64,000 nucleotides of DNA from Candidatus Algichlamydia australiensis (GTDB taxonomy: Bacteria; Chlamydiota; Chlamydiia; Chlamydiales; JAJFMI01). This document shows positions 38,586 through 48,669 of this stretch, piece after piece. The DNA lies in the NCBI GenBank assembly GCA_033977065.1, contig JAXCHI010000002.1, forward strand, positions 288,001 to 352,000, written 5' to 3'. The notes beneath the pieces are model-generated. The model searched no databases. It worked only from the letters and a program-made list of their open reading frames with translations, and was not told the DNA's origin. Made by a program: the position numbers and the translations under genes. Each line of letters begins with the position of its first letter. The first letter of the stretch is position 1.

Positions 38586-39021
38586 GAGAAAGTTCGATTT
38601 TCAAAATAATTTTATATATAAAAAATTTGTTCATATGGCCGATACAGACGCCACGCAAAATCTTTACTTTACAGCTCCTCTACGCTTTTCTACAGAGGCA
38701 TTTGAGCGCTTTTTACATGAAGAAGACTTCGATTTAAAAGGTCTGCAACTTCCTATTGTGCATACCGAATCGGACCTTTTCTCTCCCACAAAACGCGGCG
38801 AAGAACTGACCATTTATTTAACGCTTTACAAGCTTGGAACGAGCTCATTTACTTTGCAAACAGAACTCTTCTCTGATCGCCTTATCGGACGCAATCGCAT
38901 TGTCCATGTAGCATTTGACTCTGTAAGAAAATGCTCAGTGGAGATTCCGGCAGAGTTGCGCGCTCTTCTCCTCACGATCAAGGGGGAAGAAGTTGTCGGG
39001 AATCTTAAAGCGCGGGAGTAG
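38584..39021 (+). CDS. Hotdog-fold acyl-CoA thioesterase, probable DHNA-CoA hydrolase
   Basis: DTDA..LYF, LPIVH, LGTSSF; abuts menE. Confidence 0.75.
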   Translation: MRKFDFQNNFIYKKFVHMADTDATQNLYFTAPLRFSTEAFERFLHEEDFDLKGLQLPIVHTESDLFSPTKRGEELTIYLTLYKLGTSSFTLQTELFSDRLIGRNRIVHVAFDSVRKCSVEIPAELRALLLTIKGEEVVGNLKARE

Positions 39022-40041
39022 CTCTTCTAGTTTTTCTCGAATATTTACTATGGGAAAAGGGTCGAGGTAGGCGATGGGACGCATTCCAAATTTGGGATTC
39101 TCTTTTGCTTCTACAAGAGCGCGCTGAACTTCTGGAATGGAGAGGAGCGCAGCCTCGATCTCTTCAGGTTGAATATTCTCCCCACCGCTGATGAATTGGC
39201 GATCTTTGCGCCCCACAATTTGCAAACCCTGGTTGCTAAGCCGTCCGATATCTTTTGTGCAGAACCACTCTCCAGGCGCATCCTCACCCAGATAACCGGC
39301 AAAAAGTGTTTTGCCTCCCACCAAAATCTCGCCATCATCTGCAAGCTTGAGTTTGCGGTAAGGAAGAACTTGAAGAAACTGATTAGGATTCCACGGTGCA
39401 GCAGCAATTACGGAGCTCATTTCTGTCATGCCGTAACTGATCCAGATCGGGAGATCATAACTTCCCAAATTGTGCGGCATCGCTTGTCCGCCAAGTAGAA
39501 CGGTTCGTAGGCTCGGGTACGCTCTTTTTTTTAATCGCATTAGCTGTAGAGGAACAAACGAGACGCGCGTAATTTTTTCGCATATGATCTCTTTAGAAAA
39601 ATCGGGACTTTGTGGAATGACAAGTGTGCCACCTGAAAGCAGCGCGCGCCAGATGATTGCGAGACCTCCCACGTGGAAGTAGGGCAGAGTGAGTAAGAAT
39701 CGATCGGACTCGTTTAGATCAAAAGTTTTGATCGCTCCTAATGCGCTGTAAATTAGATTTTCTTTTGTGAGTTGTGCAATTTTTGGGTTGCCAGAAGAGC
39801 CAGAAGTCAAAAGTGAAGGGTAGATCGTCTCTTTCTGCGCAAATTCTCTCGCTTGTGCAAATGGTAGGCGGTAGGAGAGGGGAAAGGGGTTGATTGATTT
39901 CAGCAAGTAAAGAATTGATTCTAGCGTGTTGTGGGCGTAAAACGGGGGACTTTTTTGTTGAAAAATTTCTAGCTCACCGTAGGTGATCGAGCGCTTGCCA
40001 TCTTGAATAGCAATTTTATTAGAATTGGTATGAGATAGCAT
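38935..40041 (-). CDS. menE: O-succinylbenzoate--CoA ligase
   Basis: TSGSSGNPK, SYGMTEMSS, GRKDRQFISGGENIQPEEIE. Confidence 0.9.
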   Translation of the reverse strand: MLSHTNSNKIAIQDGKRSITYGELEIFQQKSPPFYAHNTLESILYLLKSINPFPLSYRLPFAQAREFAQKETIYPSLLTSGSSGNPKIAQLTKENLIYSALGAIKTFDLNESDRFLLTLPYFHVGGLAIIWRALLSGGTLVIPQSPDFSKEIICEKITRVSFVPLQLMRLKKRAYPSLRTVLLGGQAMPHNLGSYDLPIWISYGMTEMSSVIAAAPWNPNQFLQVLPYRKLKLADDGEILVGGKTLFAGYLGEDAPGEWFCTKDIGRLSNQGLQIVGRKDRQFISGGENIQPEEIEAALLSIPEVQRALVEAKENPKFGMRPIAYLDPFPIVNIREKLEELLPRFKIPDNFFPLDREEKSAQLCRNLH

Positions 40042-40774
40042 CGAGTCCCATTGCCTCTGTTGGAAAGCCACAAGTTATAGCCATATGTTTAATGGCTTCC
40101 AAGCCTACGCTACTTTCATAGCTTGTACTAAGGTGTGAAATGATTCCGCGTTTTTTGCCTTCATCGCGTAAAAAACAGCACAACCCAACTCCTCCTTGTA
40201 GAGTCGGCTTAATAATAAAGTGGTCAGCAGTTTGAAGGCAAAAACTTAAAGGGCGATCGCGCAGAGATTCATCAAGTGCATAGGGGTGGGGGCAGCACTT
40301 TTTTAATGTAAGAATTTGTTCGGGATATTCAAGGGGTTCTTCCACAAACTGAAACGCTCCTTCTGGAAACGCACCTAAAACCATTTTTGCTTTTTCAAGC
40401 GAGTATTTTCGATTGATATCGAGGCGCAAAGGGATTTTTCCCACATACTTACGAATCAAGATTATTGCCTCTTCAGCTGTTAAGTGCCCTATTTTTAACT
40501 TTAGCGCTTTGCACCCTTCCTGCATTTTGTTCAGCGCACAAATTCCGACCCGGAGCCTAACCTTCGGAAATTTTTTTTGGAGAAAAAGCGATTCGAGCCC
40601 AAAGGAGACCGAAGGGGCAAACGTTCCCTCGCGCAAATGGGTGATCGCATCGTCAAGAGATTCTCTGCTCCAGCCAGGAAGAGGAGCTACTTCGCTTTTT
40701 GCATCTCCCCAAATCAGGTGTAGGCCTTTACGCCTGTTGTGCTGATATTGAAAAATTTCTAAAGGAAGTGGCAT
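40019..40774 (-). CDS. menC: O-succinylbenzoate synthase (short form)
   Basis: EVAPLPGWSRE, KLKIG, LRLDIN, EEP, ALDES, IKPTL. Confidence 0.88.
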   Translation of the reverse strand: MPLPLEIFQYQHNRRKGLHLIWGDAKSEVAPLPGWSRESLDDAITHLREGTFAPSVSFGLESLFLQKKFPKVRLRVGICALNKMQEGCKALKLKIGHLTAEEAIILIRKYVGKIPLRLDINRKYSLEKAKMVLGAFPEGAFQFVEEPLEYPEQILTLKKCCPHPYALDESLRDRPLSFCLQTADHFIIKPTLQGGVGLCCFLRDEGKKRGIISHLSTSYESSVGLEAIKHMAITCGFPTEAMGLDAISYQF

Positions 40775-41607
40775 AGCGCAAGCAGTAGACAGAAGCTGAA
40801 CTCGAGCGGGGGCGTTTTGGCGAATGCAATCCGATCATCTTGTACTTGCAAGAGTTGAATTGTGGGAATCAGAAAAATTGCAGAGGGAAGCATTAGAAGG
40901 GGTTTTCTTGTCATCATTGCGTAAGGAATAGGAAGGATAAGAGCAACCAGAATGGAGATAGAAAAAAGTTGTAGTGCGACATTACGACCGAAGCGTACAG
41001 GAATGGTTTTACGGCCCGCCTCGCAATCTCCTTCTAAATCGCGAATGTTGTTGCGGTTTAAAATTGCAGCAGAGTAAAGCCCTGGAACAAACCCTAGCCA
41101 AATACCTGGAAAATAGAGCGCTTTTGTTTGCAAAAAAATGGTTCCGCCGACAGCAATTGGCCCAAAGAAGAGAAGAGTGACAAGATCTCCAAGCCCAATT
41201 CGCGCAAGTGAGTGCGATCCGGCTGTGTAAAAAATAGCGAAAGCGATTGAGAGGGCAAGCAAAAAAGCAAAAATCGCTCCGCCTTGGAAAATTAAGTAGC
41301 TTCCTAAAACAGCTGCAAAGCCAAACGTTAGAAAAATGCCCTTGGCCATCGCAGTTTTTTGGATCAAACCCGATGCAACAGCGCGCGTTGGTCCGACGCG
41401 TTTATTCGTATCGACACCTTGCTTGGCATCAAAAAAATCATTTGTAAGATTGGCGCCCATCTGAATTGTCAGTGCGCAAAAGAGCGTGCAAAGATAGAGA
41501 GGAAAATCAAAGCTTCCCAGCTGGAACGCGATGGCTCCGCCCAAAAGAACGGGAGCCATTCCGATCAGTAAAGTTTTTGGCCTTGCGGCTAGCACCCAGT
41601 TTTTCAT
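40759..41607 (-). CDS. menA: DHNA prenyltransferase
   Basis: [31 protein letters not shown]. Confidence 0.93.
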   Translation of the reverse strand: MKNWVLAARPKTLLIGMAPVLLGGAIAFQLGSFDFPLYLCTLFCALTIQMGANLTNDFFDAKQGVDTNKRVGPTRAVASGLIQKTAMAKGIFLTFGFAAVLGSYLIFQGGAIFAFLLALSIAFAIFYTAGSHSLARIGLGDLVTLLFFGPIAVGGTIFLQTKALYFPGIWLGFVPGLYSAAILNRNNIRDLEGDCEAGRKTIPVRFGRNVALQLFSISILVALILPIPYAMMTRKPLLMLPSAIFLIPTIQLLQVQDDRIAFAKTPPLEFSFCLLLALCHFL

Positions 41608-42449
41608 GGTCTCTTAGGAAATTGCTTAAAGTTAGGCTTGCGTTTTTCAACAAAAGAGTTACGGCCCTCTTGTGCCTCCTCTGTCATATAGAAAAGAAGA
41701 GTTGCGTTGCCTGCAAGCTCTTGCAGGCCTGATTGACCATCGCAGTCCGCATTCATCGCCGCTTTGATGCAACGAATCGCAAGAGGGGAGTGTTCCAAAA
41801 TTTTCAAACACCACTCCACAGTGACCTGTTCCAAATCTTCTAAAGGTACAACTGTATTGACAAGTCCCATCTTCTCCGCTTCAAATGCATCGTACTGCTT
41901 GCAGAGATACCAGATCTCACGCGCTTTTTTTTGGCCGACATGACGTGCCAAATAGCTCGAACCAAAACCACCATCAAAAGAGCCAACTTTTGGCCCTGTC
42001 TGTCCAAAAATGGCATTCTCTGCTGCGATTGTGAGATCGCAAAGGACATGGAGAACATGACCGCCGCCAATCGCATAGCCAGCAACCATCGCCACAATTG
42101 GTTTGGGACAGTGACGCATCTGTTTTTGGAAATCCAAAACATTCAAACGGTTGGTGCCATCGTCGTCGGCATAACCTGCATCACCACGAATCTTCTGATC
42201 ACCGCCCGAGCAGAAAGCTTTTTCCCCTTTGCCAGTTAAAATAATCACGCCAATACTCTCGTCATTACGAGCATCTTCTAAAGCGCGCATCATCTCTTTT
42301 ACTGTTTGGGGGCGGAAGGCGTTGTGAACCTCCGGACGATTGATGGTGATCTTAGCGATCCCATTCCATTTATGATACTCAATGTCGGTAAACTCGCGAG
42401 CAACCGACCAATCAATTTTCTCTAGAAGCTGTTCCATGTGGGCCATCAT
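41604..42449 (-). CDS. menB: 1,4-dihydroxy-2-naphthoyl-CoA synthase
   Basis: [27 protein letters not shown]; start within 42437-42473. Confidence 0.96.
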   Translation of the reverse strand: MMAHMEQLLEKIDWSVAREFTDIEYHKWNGIAKITINRPEVHNAFRPQTVKEMMRALEDARNDESIGVIILTGKGEKAFCSGGDQKIRGDAGYADDDGTNRLNVLDFQKQMRHCPKPIVAMVAGYAIGGGHVLHVLCDLTIAAENAIFGQTGPKVGSFDGGFGSSYLARHVGQKKAREIWYLCKQYDAFEAEKMGLVNTVVPLEDLEQVTVEWCLKILEHSPLAIRCIKAAMNADCDGQSGLQELAGNATLLFYMTEEAQEGRNSFVEKRKPNFKQFPKRP

Positions 42450-42517
42450 GCCTAAATAAAAAAAATCGTGCAATCTTGCTCTTGCTTTTTTTTAGTATGT
42501 GCTTTCATAATGCTGCT

Positions 42518-43102
42518 ATGTTTAGCGGGGTTCTTTTTAGTTCTGCAACTTCTGATTTGTACTCCCGAGTTAGCAGAGGATACAACACCTTTCGAGCTTA
42601 TAATCTAATAACTTCAGGTGAGGAAAATCTTAGGGAAAGATTTATGAGTTTACTCAAATCTGGCATAGATCCAAATCACAAGAATGGTTTCTTTCTCGAC
42701 TATTTTATATCAATTGGCGATTTGGATATGGCGTCTAAATTGTTGGATCATGGTGCAAGTACGACTCTAACAAAGAAAAATTACAGAGCTATAATACCTC
42801 AAAAAAAGGAATTTTCACCCAAAGATCTTTTCAAAGGAGAGCTAAAACAAAATTCACAAAAAATTGAGCTTTACGCAAAGTTTGCAGAACTAAAAGAGCT
42901 ACGCAAGTTTGTAAATTTCTTATATCAGCATGAGAAGAATGATTTCATCATAGATATCCTGCAGATGAGGCTTCAAGAGACATGGAACGAGGTTGAAAGA
43001 AAGGAACTTGAAAGCACTATTCGTTGGGCAAACACTTTAAAGCACAGGGAGGATTCGCTCTGGGTTATCCCTAAATCCTATGGCTGGGGCATAGAATGTT
43101 AA
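42518..43102 (+). CDS. Hypothetical protein with one ankyrin-like repeat, paralog 1
   Basis: LLKSGIDPN...GDLDMASKLLDHGA; collinear with 43305-43877. Confidence 0.75.
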   Translation: MFSGVLFSSATSDLYSRVSRGYNTFRAYNLITSGEENLRERFMSLLKSGIDPNHKNGFFLDYFISIGDLDMASKLLDHGASTTLTKKNYRAIIPQKKEFSPKDLFKGELKQNSQKIELYAKFAELKELRKFVNFLYQHEKNDFIIDILQMRLQETWNEVERKELESTIRWANTLKHREDSLWVIPKSYGWGIEC

Positions 43103-43236
43103 AGAGCATTTCCGTAGGTGGCAAAGGTGCGCGGTTTGAGCTTTTTGTCAAAACTTTTGAGAGAGAGACTTAGGCTTTTGTGGGAAGCATAGTTCTCTTC
43201 GCGATTACCCCCAGTTTCAACGATACAAGGGCCATC
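43099..43236 (-). pseudogene. Duplicated 3' fragment of menD
   Basis: About 90% identical (hand count ~14 differences in 138 nt) to 43880-44017. Confidence 0.85.
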
Positions 43237-43304
43237 ATGCCTAAATAAAAAAATCGTGCAATCTTGCTCTTGCTTTTTTTTATGGGTATCCTCAAAATGC
43301 TCTT

Positions 43305-43877
43305 ATGTTTAATGGGGTTACTAACCGTAGATCTGTTGGTTTTCAATACTTAATTAAAAGAGAATTAAACACGCTTGAAGCATGTGCTCTAATTAATTCA
43401 GATGAAGGGGATTTTAGGGAGAAATTTGTAGCTTTACTCGAATACGGCATAGATGTAAATCACAAAAATGGTTTTTTCCTTAACTATTTTCTATCAATGG
43501 GGGACTTGGATATGGGGTGTAAATTGTTGAATTATCACGCAAATATCAGTTTAACAAAGAGAAATTACAAAACTGTAATACCTCCAAAAGAGTTTTCATC
43601 CGAAGATTTCTTTTTAGAGAAATCCAAGCTAAACATGCAAAAAATTGGGCTCTATATAAGATTTGCAGAACTAAAAGAGCTACACTATTTCGTAAATTTT
43701 TTGCGTCAGTACGAGATAAATGATTCCCTCATAACTCTCTTGGAGATGAGGCTTCAAGAGTCATGGGACGAGGCTGAGAGAGAGGAAATTAAAAGCATAA
43801 TCAATCAGGCAAAAATTTTAAGGTGCAAGGGGAATCCTCTCTGGGTTATTCCTGAATCTTATGGCTGGGGGGTATAG
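43305..43877 (+). CDS. Hypothetical protein with one ankyrin-like repeat, paralog 2
   Basis: LLEYGIDVN...GDLDMGCKLLNYHA; shared C-terminal LWVIP.SYGWG. Confidence 0.75.
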   Translation: MFNGVTNRRSVGFQYLIKRELNTLEACALINSDEGDFREKFVALLEYGIDVNHKNGFFLNYFLSMGDLDMGCKLLNYHANISLTKRNYKTVIPPKEFSSEDFFLEKSKLNMQKIGLYIRFAELKELHYFVNFLRQYEINDSLITLLEMRLQESWDEAEREEIKSIINQAKILRCKGNPLWVIPESYGWGV

Positions 43878-43879
43878 TA

Positions 43880-45604
43880 TTAAAGAGCGTTTCCGTAGGT
43901 AGCAAAGGTGCGCGGTTTGAGCTTTTTGTCAAAACCTTTGAGAGAAAGGTTTAAGCTTTTGTGGAAAGCATAGTTCTCTTCGCGATCACTCTCAATTTCA
44001 ATGATACATGGGCCATCTTGTGGGGCTGAATAGAGCGCCATCTCTTCGAGTTCTTCGCGATTTTTGGGTTTTAAGTATTGCAGAGAAAATTGCTCTGCAA
44101 TCGCGCGAAAGTCGCGTGCGTGGGAGCAGACAAGTGCCTCTTCAGCAAACTCTTTTTTCGAGCGAATGGCGCGGAAAGAGTAGATACCCCCACCGCCGTT
44201 GTTAATTACGAAGAAAGTTATCGGTAGATCGCGTTTGAGCTGAGCTAAAGAATTGAGATCGTGAAGGAAAGCGAGATCTCCAATGACGGCCCAAGTGCGT
44301 TTTTTTACCGCTTTAGCAATACCAATTGCTGTAGCGATATTGCCATCGATACCAGAGAGCCCACGGTTAGCAAAGAGGGGGCCCGATTTTTTTGCATGAG
44401 AGTAGAGAAAAGAGAAGTCGCGGATGGGCATGCTATTGGAGAGGAAAAGCGCTTCAAAAGGACCGAGATGGTTTGAAAAGAGGCGTGCTACCTCCATTTC
44501 TGACAAGCTTTTTTTAGTTTCAAAAAACGTATTTATTTTTGCTGCAATTGTGCGGTTGAGATCTTGCCATAGTGCAGTGTAGGGGTTCGGACCTGAACCT
44601 TTTAATTGAGAGGCAAGCTCTTTTGTAAAGAGAAGTGGGTCTGCTTTGATATGATCAGTAACAATATGAGCGGGGTCAAATCTCTTTTGCCCGACATGAA
44701 ACATCTTTTCAGGGGGATTTTGCGCTAAATAGTCGAGCAGAGTGCGGCTCATATACCCTTTTCCAAGATGCAAAACTGCAGTAGGGGCAAGGTTTTTAGA
44801 ATCAGAGCTCGCTCCTAGAATCGCTTCAAAGTGGGGAATTGTGTGAGACTGCTTATCACGACAGTGGGAGAGGATATCGGGGAGAATAGGCCAATTGAGT
44901 TTGCGGGCAAGTTCTGCAATTGCCGGCATCTCACTTGAAAGAGAGAGGCGGCCTGCAATAATCACCCCTTTTTCATGACGCATTAGCTCATCAGCAATCT
45001 CTTGCATGGACTCTTTGGCAATTGTGGGGGTAGAAAAATAGGTGCGTTTGGGAGATAGATTCAAATCCTGAGAAGTTTTTCCCACTAAAGGTTTGCGGAA
45101 TTGGCAATTGATTTGGACAGGTCCTTGGGGCAAACTTAGGGCATTTTGCAGAGCGTGGTGACACTTCTGTTGGAGAAACTGGGGAGATAGAGTGTTACTG
45201 GGGCAGTCGATATTGATACTTCTCTTTACGTGTGTGCCAAAAAAGTTCAATTGATCAGTTGTCTGATTAGCACCGCAATCTTGCAGTTCTGGAGGGCGGT
45301 CAGCTGTAAGAACGATTAGAGGGATCTCATCGTGGTAGGCCTCCATTACAGCAGGCATCATATTACCAAGAGCCGTTCCAGAGGTGGCGACAAGGGCAAC
45401 GGGCATGCCACTTGCTTTCGCGTAACCCAAGGCGTGAAAACCGACACCACGCTCATCAAAATGGGTCATTACTTGTGCAAGAGGGTGCTCATGGATTGCC
45501 ATGATCAGTGGAGTCGAACGCGATCCCGGTGCGATACAGAAGTAGCGCACTTTTTGATGAATCAATTCTTTTACAACAATTTTTGCCCAGGTTACATTGT
45601 CCAT
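43880..45604 (-). CDS. menD: SEPHCHC synthase
   Basis: APGSRSTPL, HFDER, TSGTA, TADRPPEL, NSMPIRD, NRGLSGIDG, GDLAFLHD. Confidence 0.96.
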   Translation of the reverse strand: MDNVTWAKIVVKELIHQKVRYFCIAPGSRSTPLIMAIHEHPLAQVMTHFDERGVGFHALGYAKASGMPVALVATSGTALGNMMPAVMEAYHDEIPLIVLTADRPPELQDCGANQTTDQLNFFGTHVKRSINIDCPSNTLSPQFLQQKCHHALQNALSLPQGPVQINCQFRKPLVGKTSQDLNLSPKRTYFSTPTIAKESMQEIADELMRHEKGVIIAGRLSLSSEMPAIAELARKLNWPILPDILSHCRDKQSHTIPHFEAILGASSDSKNLAPTAVLHLGKGYMSRTLLDYLAQNPPEKMFHVGQKRFDPAHIVTDHIKADPLLFTKELASQLKGSGPNPYTALWQDLNRTIAAKINTFFETKKSLSEMEVARLFSNHLGPFEALFLSNSMPIRDFSFLYSHAKKSGPLFANRGLSGIDGNIATAIGIAKAVKKRTWAVIGDLAFLHDLNSLAQLKRDLPITFFVINNGGGGIYSFRAIRSKKEFAEEALVCSHARDFRAIAEQFSLQYLKPKNREELEEMALYSAPQDGPCIIEIESDREENYAFHKSLNLSLKGFDKKLKPRTFATYGNAL

Positions 45605-46599
45605 AATTTTAATTTATTATTGAGTTCACTCCATTCGTCATAACAGTTCGACCCATTCAAGATACCGCTTCCAGCAAATAGATGCAATTCGTTTCTCTTA
45701 ATTAGCGCGGAACGAATGGCAACAAAAAAATGCGAGCGCTCTTTTTCCATGTAACCAACAGGCGCAGCAAACCAGCCGCGATCAAAACTTTCAAGTTCAT
45801 GGAGTTTTTGCAACGCTTCTTTCTTAGGTAAACCACCCGTTGCTGGCGTGGGATGCAGAGCGCCAAGCAGATCTTGATCGGAGATATTCTGCTTTAGCTC
45901 GGCAGAAAAGGGGGTAAAAAGGTGCTCGACGTTGGGAGTTTGCAAAAGTTGCGGCTCCTCTTCAAACAAAACTCTGCTGCACAAAGGAGAGAGGGTTTGA
46001 GCAAGTTCCTTTTGAACAAAGCGAAACTCCTGTAGATCTTTTTTTGAGTGTAGGAGCTCTTTGCCTCTTCCTCTTGTTCTAGTACCAGCAATTGCTGCGG
46101 TCGAAAGCTGCCTTCCCTCTCTTCTAAAGAGCCACTCGGGTGTAGACCCCAAAAATGTCGTCTCAGGATCCATTTGAAAGAAGAAGAGCAAACCCTTGCC
46201 AACTAAATTGCGTAAGAGAAGAAATGGATTTAAAGGTTTGTCATATGTCATGACCGTTTTGCGTGCAAATACGGCTTTTTGCAAATCTGCATCAAGTAGT
46301 GCTTGTAAAGCTCTTTTATACTCAGGGTAACTAGGAGAGTGTTGCATCCTTTCAGGAAGGGCAAAAGGAAATTGTTTCTTCTCAATCTTCCCGTACTTAA
46401 ATTTGCGTGGTGAAAAAAAAGTTGTTACCGGAAATTTTTCCCAAAGCTGTCCCTTTCTTGGATAAGGAAAAAAATCCTGCGCACCAAAAACAAGCTTGCC
46501 AATCTGAGCAGAGCGACCTACTCCAGCTAATCCTAAATTGCCCTCCGCAAAAAGAACCTTTGGAAATTCTGTTTGGTTTTTCAACCAATCAATGAGCAC
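45592..46599 (-). CDS. menF: Isochorismate synthase (compact)
   Basis: FLGSTPE, AIAGT, LHPTPATGG, RGWFAAPVG, VAIRSA. Confidence 0.9.
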   Translation of the reverse strand: MLIDWLKNQTEFPKVLFAEGNLGLAGVGRSAQIGKLVFGAQDFFPYPRKGQLWEKFPVTTFFSPRKFKYGKIEKKQFPFALPERMQHSPSYPEYKRALQALLDADLQKAVFARKTVMTYDKPLNPFLLLRNLVGKGLLFFFQMDPETTFLGSTPEWLFRREGRQLSTAAIAGTRTRGRGKELLHSKKDLQEFRFVQKELAQTLSPLCSRVLFEEEPQLLQTPNVEHLFTPFSAELKQNISDQDLLGALHPTPATGGLPKKEALQKLHELESFDRGWFAAPVGYMEKERSHFFVAIRSALIKRNELHLFAGSGILNGSNCYDEWSELNNKLKLWTM

Positions 46600-47316
46600 T
46601 CAAAGCTCTCCCACATAGAGAGAAACGGCCCCCATCATCAAAGGGTAGACAGCTGCTTTACGAAACCCACTATCGCGCATCAACGCACAAAAAACAGAGC
46701 CATACGGAAACGACTCAATTGTCTCATTGAGATAGCGATACGCTTCTTGGTTCTTTGAGAGCAGACCACCAATGCGCGGCAGTATATGTCTTAAATAAAA
46801 GAGGTGACCGGTTTTAATCATCTGGTTTTTAGGAAGGGAGAACTCCAAAATAGCTGCCCTTCCATCAGGTTTCAACACGCGTTTAATCTCACGCAAACAC
46901 TCTTTGGGATCGCTCATATTGCGAATACCGAAACTTGAAGAGACAAAGTGAAAGGAGTTATCGGGAAAAGGCAGTTCTAATCCAGAAGCTTTTTGAAAAC
47001 GCACCTGTTTTCCATAAGGCTTGCGTGCTAACTTCTTTTTCCCAATTTTGAGCAGCTCTTCAGCTAAATCAATCCCAACAACCTCGGCAATATTTCCAGA
47101 TTTTTCCATCAACGCAATAATCTGATCGCCCGTGCCCGTAGCAATATCCAAAACGCGCATGTTCCGCCTTTGTGGCAAATACATCGCGACTCTTTTGCGC
47201 CAACGCATATCAAAGCCAAAAGAGAGGATTCGATTGATCCGATCATAAGTGGGGGAGATGCGATCAAACATCTCAAAAGATTTTTCCTTTTGCACGCTCA
47301 TGGCCGCATTATGCAC
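46600..47316 (-). CDS. ubiE: Demethylmenaquinone methyltransferase (MenG/UbiE)
   Basis: MFDRI...YD..N..LS.G, LDIATGTGD, FGIRN, AYRYLNETI. Confidence 0.93.
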   Translation of the reverse strand: MHNAAMSVQKEKSFEMFDRISPTYDRINRILSFGFDMRWRKRVAMYLPQRRNMRVLDIATGTGDQIIALMEKSGNIAEVVGIDLAEELLKIGKKKLARKPYGKQVRFQKASGLELPFPDNSFHFVSSSFGIRNMSDPKECLREIKRVLKPDGRAAILEFSLPKNQMIKTGHLFYLRHILPRIGGLLSKNQEAYRYLNETIESFPYGSVFCALMRDSGFRKAAVYPLMMGAVSLYVGEL

Positions 47317-47381
47317 ATCTCACAAAATCTTGACAAATCTTAGTTTTTAACGCATGCTCTTTTACCCACAAGGAGAATAAA

Positions 47382-48542
47382 ATGTTAATAAATCAGGTCC
47401 CCCGGTTTTCTGATAAACCGATTACGATTGTTCCCAACTATCTTTATCAAAACCCTCATCAAGGTCCATATGCGGAAATTGAACCCTGCTTACTCGAAGA
47501 TATAAAATTTGCGCCAGCTTCACAAGAGTTGATTCAAAAAATAGTTCAAGAAACAGGAAAAACAGAGGAGCGAGTTACGGCTGAATTTAATTGGATAACA
47601 GCAGTTAGTAAACTCGAAAAAATATTAAAAAACAAAGGCGGGCGATTTGCAAGAGATCTATCTTTTTTCTATTTTCAACAGTTGCAAAATGCATTAGAGC
47701 CTAAAGAAAGTTTTTCTACTTTTTCATTGCGATCGGTACCGATAAGATGGGCTAAAGCAAATTGTACAGATATTAACGAAATTGTTCTTGGGTGTTTTTT
47801 TGAAAGCCATGGTCCTAAAGCTTTAAAGGCAATCTATCCTAGAATGGTTGATTTATGCCCAGTGTTAGGACAGAAATCGATTCTAGAAACAACACCTGAA
47901 GACTCCTATTTTCTTTCTAAAAAAATACTAGTAGATTTTTTTAACGAAATTAAATCCGGGAAAAGGGAAATTAAGTTTCAAAATGAGAACGATCGGGAGT
48001 GGTTTGAAAAGAATAAAGGGGAAATTGATGTAAAGTATTTAGAGCGTTTGTCTCCTGCAGATCTTTCTAGTGTGCCAGGGTTTTCTGAGAATCAAGATCT
48101 CTTTGAGAGAGCAATGAACGAGAATGGGTGGTTTTTTTGTGATATGGGAAAGTGGTATCGGAAGAGAACATATGTTTTCCCCCCTCCAGCAGATTTATTT
48201 AAACTATACTCTGAGACCCAAGAGTACTGCGTAAACAGAAATCATCACCCAATTTTGAAAGCATGTCGTGTTTGGTTTGACTGTGTAAAAAATCACTACT
48301 GCATCGCAGCGAATAAGCGCACCGGGAGAGCGTTAGCAATTGGAATACTTCTTTCGAATGGATATTTGCCACCGCGCATTGATGAAGAAAAGGAAGACTA
48401 TCCTCTTGCTAATTACAAAACATTTGAGGATCCAGACGGCTTTGAGAAGTTTGTGGATTATGTTGCTAGGAAGATCATCGAAGATCATACATGGGTTGTC
48501 CCATCATATAGCCATGAAATTGAAGTTGGAGACCTCGACTAG
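47382..48542 (+). CDS. Fic/Doc-domain-like protein with divergent motif
   Basis: HPILKAC.....V..HYCIAANKRTGRAL...LL..GY; AAGGAG RBS. Confidence 0.7.
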   Translation: MLINQVPRFSDKPITIVPNYLYQNPHQGPYAEIEPCLLEDIKFAPASQELIQKIVQETGKTEERVTAEFNWITAVSKLEKILKNKGGRFARDLSFFYFQQLQNALEPKESFSTFSLRSVPIRWAKANCTDINEIVLGCFFESHGPKALKAIYPRMVDLCPVLGQKSILETTPEDSYFLSKKILVDFFNEIKSGKREIKFQNENDREWFEKNKGEIDVKYLERLSPADLSSVPGFSENQDLFERAMNENGWFFCDMGKWYRKRTYVFPPPADLFKLYSETQEYCVNRNHHPILKACRVWFDCVKNHYCIAANKRTGRALAIGILLSNGYLPPRIDEEKEDYPLANYKTFEDPDGFEKFVDYVARKIIEDHTWVVPSYSHEIEVGDLD

Positions 48543-48563
48543 ATTTTGACAAACCTTTCGAAT

Positions 48564-48602
48564 AACAGAGGATAAATTAAAATATTTAATTTATCCTCTG
48601 TT
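48564..48602. terminator. Perfect 18-bp inverted repeat, probable terminator
   Basis: AACAGAGGATAAATTAAA-ata-TTTAATTTATCCTCTGTT shortly after the stop, followed by a T-rich tract. Confidence 0.6.
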
Positions 48603-48669
48603 GTTTCTATATATTTTTATTTGTAATTCCTGTAAAATGGGGTGGACTTTTCCAAAGGAGAACTAAAAT

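Noticed and set aside
42440..44017. Diversity-generating retroelement template/variable repeat pair
   Set aside because: No reverse transcriptase in the window; differences are mixed transitions, not adenine-specific.
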